From Klebsormidium nitens (lineage: Eukaryota; Plantae; Klebsormidiophyceae): DNA of 64,000 nt. A model generated the notes under the pieces. It was not told the origin of the DNA, ran no database searches, and saw only the letters and a program-made list of their open reading frames with translations. Location of the stretch: positions 1 through 64,000 of the forward strand of contig DF237031.1 of the NCBI GenBank assembly GCA_000708835.1, read 5' to 3'. Positions 38,656 through 49,912 of this stretch are shown one piece after another. Numbering within the stretch: the stretch's first letter is position 1; every line of letters starts with the position of its first letter. The position numbers and the translations under genes were made by a program.

Positions 38656-41600
38656 ATGGCATCCCTTTGCGCTGCTGGCGCGCTCGCCCTTCTCCTGCTG
38701 GTGACTGTGGCCCACGCACAGGACATCTGCACGCAGGTATGTCAGCTTTCACTGAGCAGTGAGAGAGGCATTTTCTCAATCTACACCTTGTGCTGTGCGT
38801 TTTGTTGATGGTAGTCTTCTAACTTTGAGGATCCTGCTTTGCTCCAGCAACTCTTAGGACATATGCATACCTGGATGCCGGCTAGCTTCTAGGCCTTCAT
38901 TGCCAGTGAGACTCTCTGGAGTCGTCGTTCTAGCTTGACATTCTGCCTTTGGAAGAAAGTTGCTCAAATTGGGGGCACTGGTGACAATCAAATCAAGCTC
39001 TAAGCTTTGCGCTCTACGTTCTGCGCTCTGTGCTCTAAGCTCTTATTTCTTAAGCAAGCCTGTTTCATTGTGGTCTCCCTGCAATGTGCAGCATTGCTCT
39101 TCGTATGATGCTTGATGACACTCAATGCATCGCCTGTGTGGTTCTAAGCGGCTCAGATATAAACCTTGTTTGCGGGGCTGAGAAAGCTCTTCTTTCCTGC
39201 TAATCTCCTGCAATCCTGCAAGCAAATTATCCCCATTGTAGATCTGCAGCATAGGTTTAGAAGCTCTTGCTAAAGCACTGCCATGACCACGTTGCAATGA
39301 GACCTTGAAAGACAAACTTATCCTGTGGTCTCTCACGTTACCCTGTTCTGAACAGCTTTAGATCAGTTTCCAGCCAGTAGATTGGAGAAAATGTTGGAAC
39401 CAAAGCTTGAGAGGAAGTCCCGTCTTGTTCCGGCTTCACATAAGAAGCATATGCAAATCAATCCAGAAATCCTTGTGTACGCCCATCCTGTCTTTGTTTG
39501 CGAGAGTGGGGCACACTTGGTCATCACATTTTGGTATTATAGCGCTGGCTTCAAATGCCCTTTACTAAGTGGAAATCCAACTTTCAAGACGTTGTTTGAA
39601 TCGGATTGAAAGGATCTTTAACAGTTGCTCGCATTGCCAGATCCTGTCTCAACGTATTCGCCTGTTCGCTAAGCACCTCACCTGTTCCTTCTTCGCTTGC
39701 ATAATGCAGTCGCAGATTCTGATACAGGATATTGACAGTGACCATCTTTGTAGCTCTAACCCAACATGTTCTGACCGAGAAGTGTTCAACGTACGCGTGC
39801 AGATCCTGATTCAAGAAGCAACTCAAAGGTGATGGAATGTAGCCCCATTTCAGGCCCATCCTCATCGGTCTTGAGCGCCAGACCCGCCTTCCAGAACCAG
39901 ATAGCCCGTATATGTCCAAAGGATCAAACACGTGAAGGCTTTCTCAAATCCATCACCAGATCTCAAAAGCTAAGAAGCTGACACAAACTTTCTTCTGGTG
40001 CACTTGCAGCCTTCGACCACTTATCTGGCGGCCAATTCCAAGACCGTCATTCACGGCGTCTTCTCCCCAACCTTTGCGCCTGTGGCCCATGTGAAGTCTG
40101 GCGACACTCTGGTTGCTGGTGAGCACCGTAACTCTCTGCCCGTGTGCGCACTGATGTGTTACGGCTCTTCTTCTTTAACACAAACAGAAAACAAAGAATA
40201 ATAATCAATAAGAAAAAACTGCCTCATTCTCGCATTTTCGTTTGGTGTCCATGAAACGGGGTGGTTTATCCTGCCTCCCAGACGGAATCCTCTTTCCTGT
40301 ACTTTCCATTCCAAGTTGCTTCTGTTGTGTCAGATGGTTGGTTCTCACTTGTGCGCGCACCTTCTGCCATTAAAGGCTTTGTAGAATGTAAAGTGGCAGA
40401 TACAACAAAGTGCTTGAATAAGGACTATGTTGCTGGGATTGATAGAACACGTTTTTGTGAAGTGTCTGCTCACCCACCTCACCTGACGTAACGCTTTGCT
40501 GTCTATCTGCAGAGTGCGTTACCACCAACTCCAACGCCGACTACCCCAAGTTCGTGAAAGGTGACCCTGGCGTGGAGGACATTTTCTACTGGCCCAACGG
40601 AGTGTCTAAGCTCAACAAATCAGTTCCCCAGTATCCCAATTCGGGGGGGCACTTCCTGACCGGGTACGATGACTGGAGAGGGGGGAGTGGAGGGAAGACG
40701 GGAGAAGTGGGGGGTGGGGATGTCATACTTCAGAATTGGGTCTTACGTTCTGGTATACAAGACCTTCTCTCTTGATCCGCTCTTCCAATCCAGTCTGGTT
40801 ACTTCAATATTTATGTTAAGCCTGATGTCTTGCTTGTCCTGACACTGTGCGCTTCTGGTCGTCACTTGTCGTATTTGTGGGCTCTAGTCTACCAGCTGTT
40901 GCGTGCTTGCTGTCAACGGCTGACGTCAGCCAAACGCGCTTCGAGTCCTTCGTTTTCACCTGCCGTTTGCTGACACAAGGATGACGCAAGAAATCTGAAG
41001 AAGGTGTTTTGAGCGTGTGCAGGCCGGTCCAAGTCTGTGGCGCGGAGCCTGGTGACGTGCTCAAGGTACGTGCCGCTTCCATCCTTGCACACGTCAGCAA
41101 TGTCGCCCCTTGTGTCCTTCCATCATGACTTCCCGCTTTCTCTGGTAAGAATCGCTGCAGTGATGGAATTGCCACGTAATGCTGAACCGAGGCCTCCAGC
41201 TTGGTAGTCTAAGCTGACCAGTTTCGAGGAGTCTGTCGCTAGGTGGATCCCAACCTTTGCTCATCGAAAAAGTTATATGCAAGATTGTCCCAATACGAAT
41301 GTCCTTTACGATTCTTTTCGTACTTACTCCTATTGGACCAATAGTGCACTCAGGTGGGGATCTCAGAACATTCTAATGTTGTCGAATCGCCCGCCCCACT
41401 TCTTCCACCAGGCGCACGGGGGGCGCTCCTTAATCTCTTATTTCCTTTTACCAGAACCTTTACTTAACCGTGTCTCAGAAACCAGTATTTCCTCCGTCGA
41501 CAATTTCAGGTCGAGATTCTGGACGTTGTTCCCCGCCCGAACCCTTCCACCGGGCGCACGTGGGGCATGAACTACCAGGGCGCGTCCTACACCAAGGACT

Positions 41601-44600
41601 ATATTGGCACCCGGTTCGGCGACTACAACTTTACGCAGGACAACTACACGCAGATCGTCTACGAAGTGCTCTCGGACGAGTTTGGCGACTGGTAGGGGGC
41701 GAAATTTCAGTCTTTTAAAGCTCATTTGGCAGAAATTGACCCCATATTCAAATCGCTTTCGGTAATTGTGTATTTTTTACTGAGGAAGATTGAACTATAG
41801 CGTAACATGAAGCAACTACACGCAGCTTGTCTACAAAGTGCTTCCGAATGAGTTACGGAGACTGGTGAGCGTTGGGTCCACCGGTTTAAAGTTGACGTCT
41901 TTCTGGGCACTTGATTATACTCTGACCTTTGTTTCTGCGATTTATTTTGAAATCGCAACCAAGATGCGGATAGGAAACAGAGTGCTTTCCGACGTGTCTT
42001 CAACGAAATTTCGCTCGTACGTTGGATGTGAATAGGCTCTTCCGACAAGCGACGTCTGGTCTTTCTGCCTCAGGGTGGAGCCTGCTAACATTTTGAGGTC
42101 CCCAAGTACAACGAAGCGGGCGGCAAGGATTGAACGCTTTTCATCGGAGGGTCGCTCCTGAATCTGAATATATTCTTCTGAGATTGAATGTGCTCATTTC
42201 GCCGCAGGGTGGAGCCTGTTTACATGGTTGAGGTCCCCAAGTACATCGGACCGGACGGAAAGGACGGAACGTTCTTCAACGGAAGCGTCGCCATGATGCC
42301 GTTCCCCACGAACGTCGGCGTGCCGCCGGCAGATTTCGTGCCCTCGCTGTTCCAGGTAAGCCGTCAGCATTCACAGAGTAGTCCTGCGTCCTTCAATTTC
42401 CGTCAGCATCTTTTGTCAATCGAAGGTAATTTCAGACCATAGAGATCTTGAGAAACATAGGAAAAATACGTTGCGCTGAAGTGGAGTCTGGATTTCCAAC
42501 ACGCCCAAACTCTTCTCGGGCCAGTCCCCCTTTCTCGTGCGGAGCTACTGATTTGACGAGCTCATACTTTCGTAATCCCAGCCGGTAAAAGTTGGAAGCC
42601 TCTTCCAGGTGGAAACTCCAATCATCCACCACTACTTTGAAGTACGGGATTCTCGATCGCAAATTCCCTGCCGAGACCGTGACCTACCTCTTGGGTTCCA
42701 CTCTCCCCTCATTGATCTCGTCGCGGTCATCTTTCTTCTTTACGTAACAAAGCCCAGCATCGTAAAGTTGATACTACTACATTCACCCGTGTGCAACCAC
42801 ACTGCATGCTTACACAACTCGCAGGAGTCCCGCATGTTGTCAAGAACGCGACGTATTTCGTGCGACTCGGTTTTCTTTCGCCACCAGCTTAAGCTCAAAT
42901 CCAGAGCCCTATCGCTCTGCATTCTAGAGTAATTGATGCGCTGTTTTACCTAAAGCTGCCATTACCCTTATTGCAGGATCCTCGCACCTTCCCTGCCGAG
43001 AACGTTACCTACCCTCCCGCTTCTAGTCCTCTCTCGCCGATGGCGCCACGCTCAAATTCAACCTGATTTCAGAGCAATATGAGACCCTCAAACCGAATTG
43101 AACACCATGCAGAAATGCTGAAAAAAGCAGGTCTCATTTTCAATTTCCATCTGTAAACTATTTGCAGGATCCTCGCACGTTTCCTGCCGAGAACGTGACG
43201 TATCCTCCGGGTTTCCAGTCGTCTCTTGCCGACGGCGCCACACTCAAGTACATTGACACGGCGACCCTCAACTGGCGGGTGCCTCAAAGGCAGCACTGTG
43301 AGCCCCTGTGCTGACGTCACCTTTTCATGATCTGCTGGCGTTGGATAGTTCCGTTTTTTTGGCGTGTCTTTACGGCGAGTGTCTTGGACTTTGAAGGCAT
43401 TCCTTCAAAGTTGGTTTTCAGACTGTGTGACAACTTTCATCTTAAGCAAGCGCAGGAAGCCCTTTCGCAAGAGGGTCCTGTAAAAGAAGAACTGCTTTCG
43501 CAAAAGGCGATGCCTTCGAAACCCAAAAGGCGGCTTCTTTAGAGTTTGTGCTGAAATTTCCACCCTTGCGGTTGCAGATGGCGTCTTTGGTGTGACCCCC
43601 GCTAACGCGGCCAAATGTAAGACACCTTCCTCCCCCCCGGTTGTTGCTCACGTCTTACAACGCCCCCACAATCAGGAATTGTATTCTACTGTTCAGATCT
43701 GTGATCAGTTAACTATGCTTGGAGATCGTAGGACAAGTTGGAAAACCGCAGGGTCAGTAGAGTGTTTGGATGCACCAGTCTTTCGAAGGGCTTCGTTCAC
43801 TCTTTCTCGTGTCAAAGTAATAGTAGGGCACGGAGAAGGGGGCTTCCCTGCTTCGGCCGCCGGAGGACTCGTATTCGCGTGGCAAAGAAGAGGGATCCCT
43901 CGCAGTCTTCTCATGATTTCCAGTCATTTTCCTGGCCCGCTCAAAAAACGTTCTTACCCGCAGTTTCAGCATCAGGAGACTGAGAGCCGCAAAACCCGAC
44001 CACGCCTTTCACGCTCTGCAATTTAACGCTTTCCCACTTCTCGAGTTATTGAGTTCCTGCTGACGTCCTTCTGAAGATTGAAGAGCTCAGACGCTGACGT
44101 CTTTCATGCAACTCAAGCGACGCCGTGCACGGCTCCCTGGAGTCTGCTCCGCCCTCCCAAATTTGGCGGAAACTTGGACCAGATTCCTATTTCTCTCTGA
44201 TTCCTGCTGACGTTATTTCGGAAGACAGTTTTTCAATTTTCGACGTCATATTCTGCAGATCAAGCGACGGCCGTGAACGGCTCCCTGGGCGCGGGTTCCG
44301 CTCCGCCCTCCAAGTTCGGCGGAAACATGGACCAGATCCGCGTTGCCAAGGGAACGACCGTCTACCTCACCGTCCAGATCCCCGGGGCTGGGTGAGTTCT
44401 TCGTCGTTCCTTTATTGATTCAATTGCTCTCCTTAGACAATTTATCCTTCAGATAGCCCTTTCTGGAACTTCAGGAAGCAGATGACCGTAATCCGGTTTG
44501 GCAAGTGAGCGACCATCTACCTAACCCCACATTTCAGGGGCTGGGTGAGGCGTTTGCCTCCTATCCTACTTCTTTGATTAAATAGTCCCAAATAATGCTA

Positions 44601-47600
44601 TCGCCGCTTCCAGATTCCGCGGGCGAAACGTTCCGCACTCCGCGCGTCGCGGAAGGAATAAATGTCCAGCTCACGCATGGTCACTCAACACTCAGTCCAA
44701 TAAGTGAACAGCTTCAAGCCTGCTGCCGACCGACTCTAGAATCTGCTGAATTTGCTCCTAAAACTCTGTAAAGTCCACTTGAGACTCTCCTTTCCATCTG
44801 CTCGAACCCTCCAAGAAATCCTTTCATCCATTCTGTGATTCCGTACGTCTTCATTGCGCTTCGTCTTACAGTGCTGTCTGTCAATTGTCTTTGATCCGAG
44901 TTTAGGTTATCGAACTGGAAGCCGCGCTTCCCACTTGTAACTTGTATAAGACTTCAAGGGTGAAGTGAGCTTAATAGGCAAGGTAAGACAAGCAGCCGAG
45001 GACGGGTGGGGTTAGTTTGGGGGTTAGGGTGGGTTCGGGTGATGAGCGGGTGATTTTGAAGGTTGGGTTTTTGGTGTTAGGGTAGGAGCTTACAATACCC
45101 AGAGCTCACTGTTCCTAAATTCAAGAGACATGTAACGTGTAATGACCCACCATATTTCCACTTCTAGGTGGACATTCGGCGACTGCCACGCGGCGGAAGG
45201 CGACGGCGAGACCTCCAGTTCTGCGGTTGAGGTGGGCTGATCTTGCTTTGAGGAATCTTGAATGCGTTGCGCTCGGTCCAGAGAGTTTCCACCATATATT
45301 GTTCCGTACAACTTTCGAGGTCGCAGCGCTAGCCTGCGAAGATCGAGAACAATGCAGATTAGATGCACCCTTCCTTTTCAAGATATAATTTACGGTGCGG
45401 CAACCTTCAAACGAGGGTTACGGAGCGTTCTCGAGTACTAGTTCCGTTTCCGCAGGCTTCCAACACCGGAACGTTCCGCTTCACGCTGATCAAGAAGGCG
45501 GACCTGACCCCCGGTCTGGCCAGCCTGACGGGACCGCTTCTGGAGACGAAGGAATACTTCCACCTCCAGGGCTTCTCTTACGAGGACTACATTGAGGAGG
45601 TGAGGAGACGCTGTTTTATGCAATCTCTTTTCTCCACTTCATAACTTGTTTCTGGATGCGCAGTTTAGCTGCGCGCTTTGTGCCATCCGCGCTGCTCTTC
45701 GCGCGCCTTAAACGTTTTCTGAAGGTTTCTTTGTCGTGAGGCCGATTGAATCCAAAGGCAGCTTAACAGCATCCGACCTATCACCTATGATTTCTGGTTT
45801 GAACTATGGAACCGTCCTAGATACGCTCACGAAAGTTCGGTGAATACGAACGCGCTCTTACCAGTCCTTGCGATCTTGGGTTCCGCTTCCGCTCAGAGTC
45901 CAGGTCCGCGCGTCGGCAGCAACCTCCTTTGCAAAACTCTCAACCAAAACAACAAGAATTGCTACCACACGCATACATGAATTATTCTCACCTCGGATGA
46001 TCTTAGATTGACCTCAATCGAACAGATCTTTGTATCACAATCACAATCCGATGCTCAAAGAGAATGATGCCGTTCCGTTCAGGTTCCGGTTCCGTTCAAG
46101 CCTGACAACGCCTCCCTCAGCGAAGAACTCAACAATTCCACGAACAGACAGAGCTCTACAAGAAGACGCAACATCCATGTTCGTTTCCACTTGTCGTTTA
46201 GGTAGACTGATTTCTCGAATCATCAATCTTTCCCGTTCAGGACCTGATACAACTGAGTCCGTTCCGTTCAGGTTCCGGTTCCGTCCAAGGTCGGCAACGC
46301 CTCCCTCGGCGAGGACCTCAACAAGCCCATGAGGACTGCTACAGGGAAACTCGCAACTTCCAATTTCGTTCTCCCTGTGTCGTTCAAACAACGATAGTAA
46401 AACAGCATTCCTTTTCGGCTCAGGTTCCCATCGTATTCCACTCCGTTCCGTTCAGGTTCCGGTTCCGTCCAAGGTCGGCAACGCCTCCCTTGGCGAGAAC
46501 CTCAACAAGCCCATGAAGGACTGCTACAAGAGACGCCCTCCATTTTCACTGAGCATTCTAACTTAATCATGTTCCGTTCCGTTCAGGTTCCGGTTCCGTC
46601 CAAGGTCGGCAACGCCTCCCTCGGCGAGGACCTGAACAAGCCCATGAAGGACTGCTACAAGAAGACGCGCAACTTCCTGATGGACTCGTTCAACCTAGAG
46701 GAGCGCGAAACGCTCGCGCTCATGTCCGTCGGCGTCGATTTCGGCATCACCGAGGTGGTGGACGGCGTCTGGGGTGAGGCTTTTTGGCGGGCGCTGGTCG
46801 CCCTTTTCCGTCATCCAACTTGTGCTTGGAATTAGTACTTTGGAATTAGTAAAATAATTGAAGGCGTCTGGCGTTAGCCTCTTTGGAGGGCGCTAATGAT
46901 CTCAGCTGATGATCTCCGTCAATCTGATGATCTCAGCTGACGTCACTTCTCCGCAGGCATTCATTCCACCATCCCCAAGTTGGCCTTCTCCCGCCGTTAC
47001 GCGACCAAGACCCAGGGGAACACCCCGGTTGGTGGACCCATCAGCCTCCGCAAGCTGCAGGTAAGGACTCTCTCTGTTTCTTGCGGGAATCCTGCCTCCA
47101 AATAAACCTTCATTCAGTAGACGGGTTTATAGTTAATCTACGAGGTTTGTTGCTCAAAAATGCCGCCTTCGAACGGGCCGGGGCAATACACCGGTTGGTG
47201 GGCCCATCAGCCTGCGCAAGCTGCAGGTAAGGACTCTCACTCCGTGGAACACCGAGGAATTCGACCCCCTTTGTCGCGTTCTCCATGTTATCGTTTCGGT
47301 CGTCAGAAGCCCGATTCGGTGTAAGGCGGAGTGCTCGGAACGTCAACACCATCTCAAATCTTTGCAGAGTGCGTGCCGGTTCGGCACACCTCGCTGTCGA
47401 CTTACGTTGCTTCCAAAACAGAGAAGATGAACGTGTGAACGCAGCCCCTTCAGATCTTCGAGCTTCAGACTTTGGAGAATGCTTGAGAAGAGAGCTGATG
47501 CTTGATGGGTTACCCGGGAAATTGCGGTTTAGGCAGAGGTTAGATGACACACCGTGCGCTTTATGCAGAGCGCAAAGCCAAGTGCCCGGGAGGTGTTCAA

Positions 47601-47679
47601 CCCGACCTACGACGAGCTGGTGGAGGCGTACACCAAGATGCACGGGGAGGTCTCCTTCAACCGGGGCCCCCGCAACTAG
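38656..47679 (+). CDS. Acetamidase/formamidase (FmdA/AmdA) family protein with signal peptide, 541 aa
   Basis: 14 phase-consistent exons: 38656-38736, 40010-40118, 40513-40663, 41023-41065, 41510-41691, 42208-42355, 43168-43297, 43578-43616, 44259-44391, 45168-45231, 45456-45599, 46587-46773, 46957-47060, 47569-47679. Motifs: VKSGDTL, HFLTGPVQVCGAEPGDVLKVEILD, PPSKFGGNMD, GDCHAAEGDGE, LMSVGVDFGITEVVDGVWGIH. N-terminus MASLCAAGALALLLLVTVAHA. Confidence 0.92.
41805..44560 (+). repeat. Scattered single or double junction echoes in formamidase introns
   Basis: Donor echo of exon 41510-41691 at about 41805-41872. Acceptor echo of exon 42208 at about 42065-42112. Two acceptor echoes of exon 43168 at about 42665 and 42977. 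Acceptor echo of exon 44259 at about 44110-44185. Donor echo of that exon at about 44510-44550. Confidence 0.8.
44985..45095 (-). repeat. Dispersed CCCTAAC-rich fragment related to the element at 17.15-17.40 kb
   Basis: The reverse complement reads CCCTAACACCAAAAACCCAACC...ATCACCCGCTC...CCACCCTAACCCCCAAACTAACCCCACCCGTC, similar to 17285-17365. Confidence 0.55.
45880..46530 (+). repeat. Four echoes of the acceptor and 5' end of formamidase exon 46587-46773
   Basis: GTTCCGTTCAG|GTTCCGGTTCCGT copies with exon-equivalent starts at 46083, 46272 and 46456 (real 46587), plus a faint one at 45897. Spacings are 186, 189, 184 and 131 bp. Confidence 0.92.
47180..47245 (+). repeat. Echo of the 3' end and donor of formamidase exon 46957-47060
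   Basis: CCGGTTGGTGG(A/G)CCCATCAGCCT(C/G)CGCAAGCTGCAG|GTAAGGACTCTC is repeated 166 bp downstream. Confidence 0.9.
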
Positions 47680-49912
47680 ATTCGCGGGTTAAACAAACCC
47701 GGCAGAGTCGTGACACGAATTGGCGGGTTACCGAAAGCTCAGGGTGACAATTCGCGGGTTAGTGCGACCGCGTTTGCGTCACTGCGATGGCTTGGACGAA
47801 ACCGTGGGGCAAGTATGTGTAGGTTGGTTATTGGTGATTTTATCGTTTCGCATGCACGAAAAGTTCGGTGTAAATAGGCAGGGTAGGCAATTGAAAGTAG
47901 TTAAATACTCTAGACAAGGTTACCTCTCTCTTCGTCAGAACGCAATGGCCGCCGAAAAGGCAAGCTGTTCAGGTCAGTCATTGTTACGTACGTCGGACGG
48001 CAGATACGCTAAAGTAAACGCTCATATCCTATAGCCCTGTCTGCGAGCTTGAAGACGTGCGCTTGAGATCGATATGTTCCAGATCGTCGATTCTGGTTTA
48101 GCGGGTGCACTACTGGATAGAAGTCAGAAGAGTAAAGTTAGCAAGGTCGTATATTGCACGTCAGGATAAGTCAAGGACATTCTAGCATTTATGAATATTG
48201 ATGCAGTCACGATGGGAAGTACACCGGAACCGCAGGTAGGAACCGGCCGTTCTGTCCAGTGAGTCCCTTTCGTGAATCGGGTCCATTGTCCATTACATTC
48301 AAGACTGGCCGGTCGGACTCTGCGGACTGAGATTTCAATTGCACGCACGATTAGACTTCATAATGAGGTGAATCTTTTGTGAAACCTGCTCTGTCGCGTT
48401 TGCTCATGGCCGGCCGCGCGTAAATAATCAAGCTGACAGTGACCTACGATACAGTACTTACGTTCCTTCAATGGATCGGATCATGCATGCAACGGTTAAG
48501 TCTTTTTAAGTCCGATACGTCGCGGACCCATCTTCCGACAAACTTAAGATTTGAGTCCAGGCTTAGATTATTCCAAGCCCGGAAATATATATCGCACGTT
48601 GCCCGGCGACGATCAGATGATTCAGATGATCGCACTAGGCCACCGGGCCGTTTTCGAAACCAGAGCGGCCGCGCCGGCCAGATCCGGCGACTACCACGCG
48701 GGCCAGTAGCTCATGCATACGGCCAGCTCATGCATATACATATAATTAACATGATCAAGTATGATTGTAATTACTGGGCGTGCCGGGGGCTCTTGGGCCC
48801 CCGGATGCTTTGTAGTGTCAACAAAGGCAAGCGGAGCACACTCCCGCATCTAGCTACTGACACTTCCAATCGGACGGTCACCAAAGTGTCGAACTTACCT
48901 GGTGCAATTGCAAACGACCTCAACAGTTGCAATATCGGTGCGAGCTCGGCAAACAGTCCTCCGGGCCTGCATTTGTGCACTGCACCGATTGAACGTTGCT
49001 CATATTACTAATAGTGTCCACTTTTAATTAAAGACGCTGCTGTGCTGGGATATTGACACAAACAGTAAAATCGGTGCGACCTCTCATAGTGCTGCATGCG
49101 AGTATAGCGTTATCATTCATGATTACCGAACACCCGGAGGAAGTGCCAACCAATTCACACTGCGGCCGCTCGTGGCGGAGCCTTGTCGGACACCACATGC
49201 ATCGCAGTACGTACTTATCATAAACACCAACCCGGGCCAGCTGCAATGCACATGCATGCGGAGTCAGAAACCTCGGTGACGGCGTTAAGCTTACGTCACT
49301 CGACCAATCAGATTGCCGGGATGCCATGATGGGTCCTGAAGACTTTTAAAGAGCCCCCTAAATATAATGCCATAAGGCCAAGCCTCGAAGTGCGGGTCCT
49401 CGTGGGCGCGCGCCCTCGTTCAAACCGGCTGGTTACGTATGAGGCATGTACAGTAACTAAGTGCGTCGATCGCGCAACAAGTCTTTCATCATGTTGGCAT
49501 GACAGTGAGTACTCAGAAAGCTCAGGGCCGCCCCGCACGCGCGGCAGATAGTTATTGAAAGGGCACCTGCATGTTACCTCGCGTGATCTGTAGTCTTATC
49601 GTTCACTGAGTTAGTTAAACCGCGCGCGAGGCGTTTGATCGACTGAGTGAGTCGGTCATATTCTGATACCAGGCTGAGTTTGTGCGCTCACTCAATGACT
49701 GAGCCCGGGCCGGCTTGAAGAAGTCCCCACAATCTACCATATTAGGTGTCGTCATAATAGTTGCAGTGGCCATGCATGAGTCGATTTATTCGACTCGAGG
49801 CCTCGTATACTAATCCCTTGTCCTGATACTTATAGGCTATGGTACTTGCTAACAAAGCAAATGCATTAGTTGACAATTGCATGTGGAATCTCCTCACCAC
49901 TAAGCGCCCACC

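Noticed and set aside
44985-45095. Interstitial telomere
   Set aside because: It is not a regular TTTAGGG-type array and is better explained as a fragment of the dispersed MITE-like repeat.
657-47679. Amidase plus formamidase as an amide-utilisation gene cluster
   Set aside because: They are 30 kb apart, belong to unrelated families, and are separated by unrelated genes. No shared regulation is visible.
47680-49900. Intergenic region with short motif repeats (ATT(C/G)GCGGGTTA x3 at about 47680-47760) and small ORFs
   Set aside because: No termini, target duplication or coding domain supports calling an element.
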